From an uncultured Acidobacteriota bacterium (GTDB taxonomy: Bacteria > Acidobacteriota > Vicinamibacteria > Vicinamibacterales > UBA2999), in contig CAWCBC010000016.1 in assembly GCA_963793705.1 (NCBI GenBank), forward strand, positions 3,908 through 67,907: a stretch of 64,000 bases of DNA, given 5' to 3'. A program made the position numbers and the translations under genes. Each line of letters begins with the position of its first letter. The first letter of the stretch is position 1. This document shows, piece after piece, positions 60,055-64,000 of the stretch. The notes beneath the pieces were generated by a model. The model was not told the origin of the DNA and searched no databases. It worked only from the letters and a program-made list of their open reading frames with translations.

Positions 60055-60599
60055 TCTCGCCTTCGCGCCGCTCATCCGACAAAAGGCAACCGTGCCGGCC
60101 AGGCCGGGTCCGGCTCCGCACGCCGGGAAAGCTCCTTCCGCTCGTACCCTGACGCTTCCGCCGCCAGTAGCACCCAATTCGGTCGCCTGCCATCGCGGCA
60201 TGCACCGACGTTGCTCGTTCGGTACGCCACGGATCGCGCAGAACGAACTGGCGGCGAATGAATCGCTTCACTCGCTTTCCGGATTTCGACGCGGCGTGCT
60301 TCGAACGGACACCGGCCTTGTCCGGCACGGCCGCCTTTGTCGCTATCGCTGACGCGACGCGGCCGCAGTACGGCGGCCTGGCGCCTCGCGGACGCGAAGC
60401 CTTCGAGCGATGCCGATCATCGACAGATCAAAGACGGCGAGTAGGCTGTGACTTCGGCAGAGCCGCGTGCGAAGCACGGGCGACCCGAGCGGCCAGAGAA
60501 AGCCTGCGCCACCGCAGCGGTCTTCGGCGTCGCGAGCGGCTTCGCGGAGCGAGGTGCCAGACGCCCACCACCACGCGTCGCTCCGCTGACTAGGCCTCG

Positions 60600-61484
60600 C
60601 TAATTCCACCCGGAGGAGCCACCGGACGGTTGGCCCTCGAAAATCGCCTCCGCCGCGTGCACCATGCCGCCGTACACCTTGAACGCCTCGAAGGTGACGA
60701 GCGCCCGGCCGCCGGCGCCGGGCAGTGAACCGGGGCCGAAGTTCATCCAGAAGAGGACGACGCCCATCTCCTCGTCCACCGCTACGAGCCGCTGCGTCAG
60801 CCCCGCCAGTGTCGGGATGCGCTGGGTCCGCATGTTCTCGCAGGAGGGAGGCTGGAACGTGCAGCCGGGGCCCGCCATCCGCACGCCGTTTTCGAAGCGA
60901 TAGGCAGTCGGCGCAAACGGCACGTCGGACTTCTCGAAGCTGCCGGTTTTCAGACCGGTCGGATAGCGTGACGCAATCTCGATCATCTGCGCGCGGGGCA
61001 TCCGTTCCGCCGCGCTCGGCACGTAGCGCATCGTCGCCGATGCCTCTTTCAGGTTTTCGGGGGCCCACAACGCGCCCTCGTCCCTGTTCTTGACCACCAT
61101 CGTCTCGATCTCGGTGAGCTTGCGGTCCACGACCTTCAGTCGCGCGGCAAACAGAATCGGCATGCCGTTCTCTTCCATCACGGCGTGAACAGCGGCAACG
61201 CCCTGCTGCACATCGATGAAATCCACGCGATACGGCCGCAGCTTCGTCACCGTCTTCCAGGCGCCCTCGCCGAGCTTCAGTTCCTTCGTGTCTTCCGTGA
61301 ACTTGACGTTCGGCGCCACGGGTAGCGATGACGGATCGTGCGCGACCATCGCGTCCAGGTAGCGCGACAGGATGACGCTCAGGCACGCGCGGTCGCATTT
61401 TCCTTGCCCATGTGCCGCGGGCACGATGGTCAGAGCGGCAAGAATGGCAAGGTGGGCAACAGACGGTCTCTTATTAGTCGGCAT
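60600..61484 (-). CDS. hypothetical exported protein; paralog of 416..1342
   Basis: Internal ATG at 61484 gives the signal MPTNKRPSVAHLAILAALTIVPAAHG. It aligns along its full length with the first gene of the window. Confidence 0.75.
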   Translation of the reverse strand: MPTNKRPSVAHLAILAALTIVPAAHGQGKCDRACLSVILSRYLDAMVAHDPSSLPVAPNVKFTEDTKELKLGEGAWKTVTKLRPYRVDFIDVQQGVAAVHAVMEENGMPILFAARLKVVDRKLTEIETMVVKNRDEGALWAPENLKEASATMRYVPSAAERMPRAQMIEIASRYPTGLKTGSFEKSDVPFAPTAYRFENGVRMAGPGCTFQPPSCENMRTQRIPTLAGLTQRLVAVDEEMGVVLFWMNFGPGSLPGAGGRALVTFEAFKVYGGMVHAAEAIFEGQPSGGSSGWN

Positions 61485-61507
61485 GCATCCTCGTAGTTCC
61501 GTGTGCT

Positions 61508-61532
61508 CGTAGTGTCCGCCTTCAGGCGGACC
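61508..61532 (+). repeat. REP-like hairpin, type A
   Basis: Identical to 40555..40579. It lies in the divergent intergenic region. Confidence 0.85.
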
Positions 61533-61640
61533 ACCGCAGCCTACCGCGTTTCGAGGTCGATTTTCGAGAAGACGCATCATGCGCCAGAGCGTCAGTGTTT
61601 ACCTTGCGGGATGCCGCGTTCAGGGGGAAAATCGGAGCCT

Positions 61641-62659
61641 ATGAAGAAGATCTCAGTCTGCTGTTCGCCTGCGCAGCGCTCGTCGCCATGGCGGCACCAG
61701 TGCTCGCGCACCACAGCGCCGCCGCCTTCGACGGCCAGAAAAAGGTCTCGGTCACCGGCAAGGTGGTCGAGTACCGCTACATGAACCCGCACATCTACCT
61801 CACGCTGGAGATCGCCAAAGAGGACGGGACGAAGCAGCGGATGGATGTCGAGGCTGGTGCGGCCTCGGTGCTCAATGCCCTCGGCTTCACGAAGGACAAG
61901 CTGAAGGTCGGCGACATCGTCACCATCGCCGGCAGCCCGAGCCGCCGCGAGCCTGACAAGTTCATGATTGGCCGCGACTTGACCAAGCAGAAGGACAGCT
62001 CCTACGTGCCGCTCAATATCGCGTCACGCAGCATCTACGAGGTCAAGACCGACGCCGTGGCAACGAGCATCGACGGGACATGGTTCTCGCCGATGAGCTC
62101 GTTCCAGGCCTACATGGGCGCCGCGGGCAAGTTTGCGAGAAACGATGAGGCGAGGAAGGTCGCCAAGGAGATGTCCGACTCGAAGGCGACGACGCAGAAG
62201 GACTGCATCCCGATCGGACTGCCGGCCACCACGTTTTATCCGGTCGCGACCACGATCACGGTCCAGAAGGATAAGGTGATCGTCAAGACGGATTGGATGG
62301 ACACCACGCGAACGGTCTATCTCGATGGACGCCAGCACCCGCCTGCCAGCCAGAAATTCCTGCACGGCCACTCGGTCGGCCGCTGGGAGGGCAAGACGCT
62401 GGTGGTCGAGACGACGAACTTCACGGACCATCCGATGGGCCTGTCAACGGGCGTGCCGAGCAGCGACCAGAAGAAACTCATCGAGAAGTTCTCCCTCGCC
62501 GAGGACGGCAAGTCACTGATCTATGCCGGCACCATCGAGGATCCGAAGTATCTGACGCAGACGGCGCAGTGGTCGGGCAGACTCGAGTACCGCCCGGGCA
62601 TGCCGCAGTCGAATCAGAAGTGCAACGTCGAGGTCGCGAGAAGATTCCTGAACGATTAG
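61641..62659 (+). CDS. fusion protein: DUF6152-like N-terminal domain plus 'GRWEG' family C-terminal domain, one frame correction near 61655
   Basis: ATG at 61641 (MKKISV...). 'LAHHSAAAFDGQKKVSVTGKVVEYRYMNPHIYLTLEI' is followed by 'FLHGHSVGRWEGKTLVVETTNFTD...'. Confidence 0.7.
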
Positions 62660-62722
62660 GGTGCAAACGGACTAACGCGGTCGGTGCGAGCCGACTGACG
62701 CGGTCGGTGCAATAGGTGCGAT

Positions 62723-62753
62723 GGTAGAGGCCGACCTTCAGGTCGGCCTTTTT
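62723..62753. terminator. REP-like type B hairpin plus T-run; likely bidirectional terminator
   Basis: AGGCCGACC-ttca-GGTCGGCCT followed by TTTT. The stop codon of 62738..63274(-) lies in the loop. Confidence 0.65.
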
Positions 62754-63274
62754 GCTATCCGCTCGACAGTCGTCCAATTCCGCGCGGTTGACGCGACACC
62801 GAGCTCCTTCTCGGTCCACAGACCCGGAAACCCGTACATCCCGTTTGGCTTCGGCCGGCTGACGATCAGCGCGTCCTGCTCGTGCATGCCAGGGATTTCG
62901 ATGACCTCCTTGGAGATGGTGAGCGGAAACGCGGGGAGTTGTTTCGGCTTGCCGGCGAGAAACAACACGTACAGTTTGAGGGTCCGCTCGTTGACGAGCG
63001 CGCCGAACGGTGCTGTCTCGACGAGACGCTGAAGGTAGGGCAGGGTTCGAAACACGATCACCGGCTCTGCGCCGAGCAGCGCCTTCACCTTCTGCTGAAT
63101 CCGTTCGCGAACGGTGCCGAGCGCCGTTGGCGCGTCGAAGACGACGTTGCCGCTGGCGATCACGGTGCGCACGTCCTTGGCACCCGCGGCGGTGAACGCC
63201 TTCTGCAGATCGGTCATCTTCACGACGGCCCGCCCGCCGACGTTCACGGCGCGCAGGAACGCCACATGTGTCAT
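62738..63274 (-). CDS. DUF1697 domain-containing protein
   Basis: 'HVAFLRAVNVGGRAVVKMTDL...ARNWTTV' is typical of DUF1697. 178 aa, intact. Confidence 0.8.
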   Translation of the reverse strand: MTHVAFLRAVNVGGRAVVKMTDLQKAFTAAGAKDVRTVIASGNVVFDAPTALGTVRERIQQKVKALLGAEPVIVFRTLPYLQRLVETAPFGALVNERTLKLYVLFLAGKPKQLPAFPLTISKEVIEIPGMHEQDALIVSRPKPNGMYGFPGLWTEKELGVASTARNWTTVERIAKRPT

Positions 63275-63999
63275 GACCCTGCCTTCGGGTCCGCCTGAAG
63301 GCGCCCGCCTTCGCGCGAAGCGCTCCGGCGAGGCCTCGCCGAAGCCTCGGCGGAGGCGTGGACACTACGAGCTCTTGGGTGCGCCTTTCGATAGACATCG
63401 AGCAGCTGCGCCGCGTTGACGTGCGTATACCGCTGGGTCGTCGACAGCTGCACATGGCCGAGCAACTCCTGGATCGCGCGCAGGTCGGCGCCGCGCTCGA
63501 GCAGATGCGTCGCGAACGAATGTCGCAGCGCGTGCGGACTGATCCCGAAACGGGTGCTGCACATCGAGACGTAGCGCGCCAGGAGGCGCTGCACGCTTCG
63601 CCCGGTCAACCGCGATCCCCGGGCATTGACGAACAGGGGATCTCCCTTCCCCTTCAGCAGTGCGATGCGAACCTTCAACCACGCCGCGATCGCCTTCCGT
63701 GTCGTCTCGTTGAACGGAACCAGCCGCTCCTTCGACCCCTTCCCCATCACGCGGACCATGCGCGCACTCAGGTTTACGTCCTCGACGTCGAGTCCAACCA
63801 GCTCGCTCAGACGCAATCCAGACGCATAGAACAGCTCGAGCATCGCGCGGTCGCGGCAGCCGAGCGGTTGGCTCGCATCGGGCATCGTCAGCAGCGTTGA
63901 CATCTCGTCAACCGAGAGATGCGCCGGAACCTTCTGCTCCTTCTTGGGGGCAGCAGCCAGCGCAACGGGATCCCCTTCGATCCATCCTTCGCGCCGCAT
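63271..63999 (-). CDS. tyrosine recombinase XerC/XerD family (N-terminus outside window; C-terminus runs into a REP-like element)
   Basis: 'LFYASGLRLSEL...', 'HALRHSFATHLL', 'LLGHVQLSTTQRYTHV' catalytic R..H.R.Y pattern. The ORF is open to the window edge. Confidence 0.85.
   Translation of the reverse strand: MRREGWIEGDPVALAAAPKKEQKVPAHLSVDEMSTLLTMPDASQPLGCRDRAMLELFYASGLRLSELVGLDVEDVNLSARMVRVMGKGSKERLVPFNETTRKAIAAWLKVRIALLKGKGDPLFVNARGSRLTGRSVQRLLARYVSMCSTRFGISPHALRHSFATHLLERGADLRAIQELLGHVQLSTTQRYTHVNAAQLLDVYRKAHPRARSVHASAEASARPRRSASREGGRLQADPKAGS
63287..63369 (-). repeat. extended REP-like element (type A ends with a ~55-nt insert)
   Basis: 'gggtccgcctgaaggcg...ggcgtggacactacg' with the internal hairpin 'ggcgaggcctcgcc'. 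It shares word content with 22645..22743. Confidence 0.75.
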
Positions 64000-64000
64000 A

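Noticed and set aside
60055-60360. Remnant of a REP-associated tyrosine transposase (RAYT)
   Set aside because: The only faint resemblance is 'GRLPSRHAPTLLVRYATD'. There is no HUH or catalytic Tyr context that I can recognise.

Overview
High-GC bacterial chromosomal window with about 70 genes. The gene content best fits an Acidobacteriota-type soil bacterium. That call rests on a TIGR03435-like gene, DUF1800/DUF1501 and DUF1592/DUF1552 gene pairs, many Sec/Tat-exported hypothetical proteins, and dense REP-like hairpins. It is inference from family knowledge, not a database hit.

Recognisable housekeeping blocks:
- SRP RNA (ffs)-dnaX-ybaB-recR, 24.1-26.9 kb, minus strand.
- A diaminopimelate/lysine cluster asd-lysC-dapB-dapA-M20 deacylase, 27.0-32.3 kb, minus strand.
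- tRNA-Asn(GTT) at 22.7 kb.

Other content:
- An OmpR/histidine-kinase pair next to an SPFH/flotillin-like gene and a nucleotide pyrophosphatase/phosphodiesterase-like gene.
- A Rieske-DUF1800-DUF1501-porin array and an ankyrin-DUF1592-DUF1552 array.
- An IorAB-like molybdenum oxidoreductase and an ABC-2 transporter.
- A partial XerC/D recombinase at the right edge.

Sequence-quality caveats:
- Roughly 30 genes, including essential ones (dnaX, recR, dapA, dapB, asd), only read through after single-base frame corrections. I therefore treat most frameshifts as sequence-quality artefacts, not pseudogenisation.
- The first ~1.9 kb has a visibly stronger GC3 bias. It is joined tail-to-tail to the rest through two 3'-truncated genes, so this is a possible chimeric join or rearrangement.

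Most unusual signals:
1. A set of intergenic long imperfect hairpins whose arms are built from 8-9 bp tandem repeats. The largest is a ~314 bp nested structure at 42861-43174.
2. A REP-like hairpin family with compensatory stem variation. One doublet sits in frame inside a CDS and one extended copy runs into the 3' end of xerC/D.
3. A pseudo-receiver protein fused to about 9 copies of a 159-bp (318-bp higher-order) coiled-coil repeat, an FrzS/AglZ-like architecture.
4. A paralogous cluster of secreted proteins at 44-54 kb. Its two domain families appear fused in one gene at 61.6 kb.
5. Three tandem 32-bp palindrome-bearing repeats upstream of the SPFH gene.

No CRISPR array, no intact mobile element and no recognisable defence system was found.
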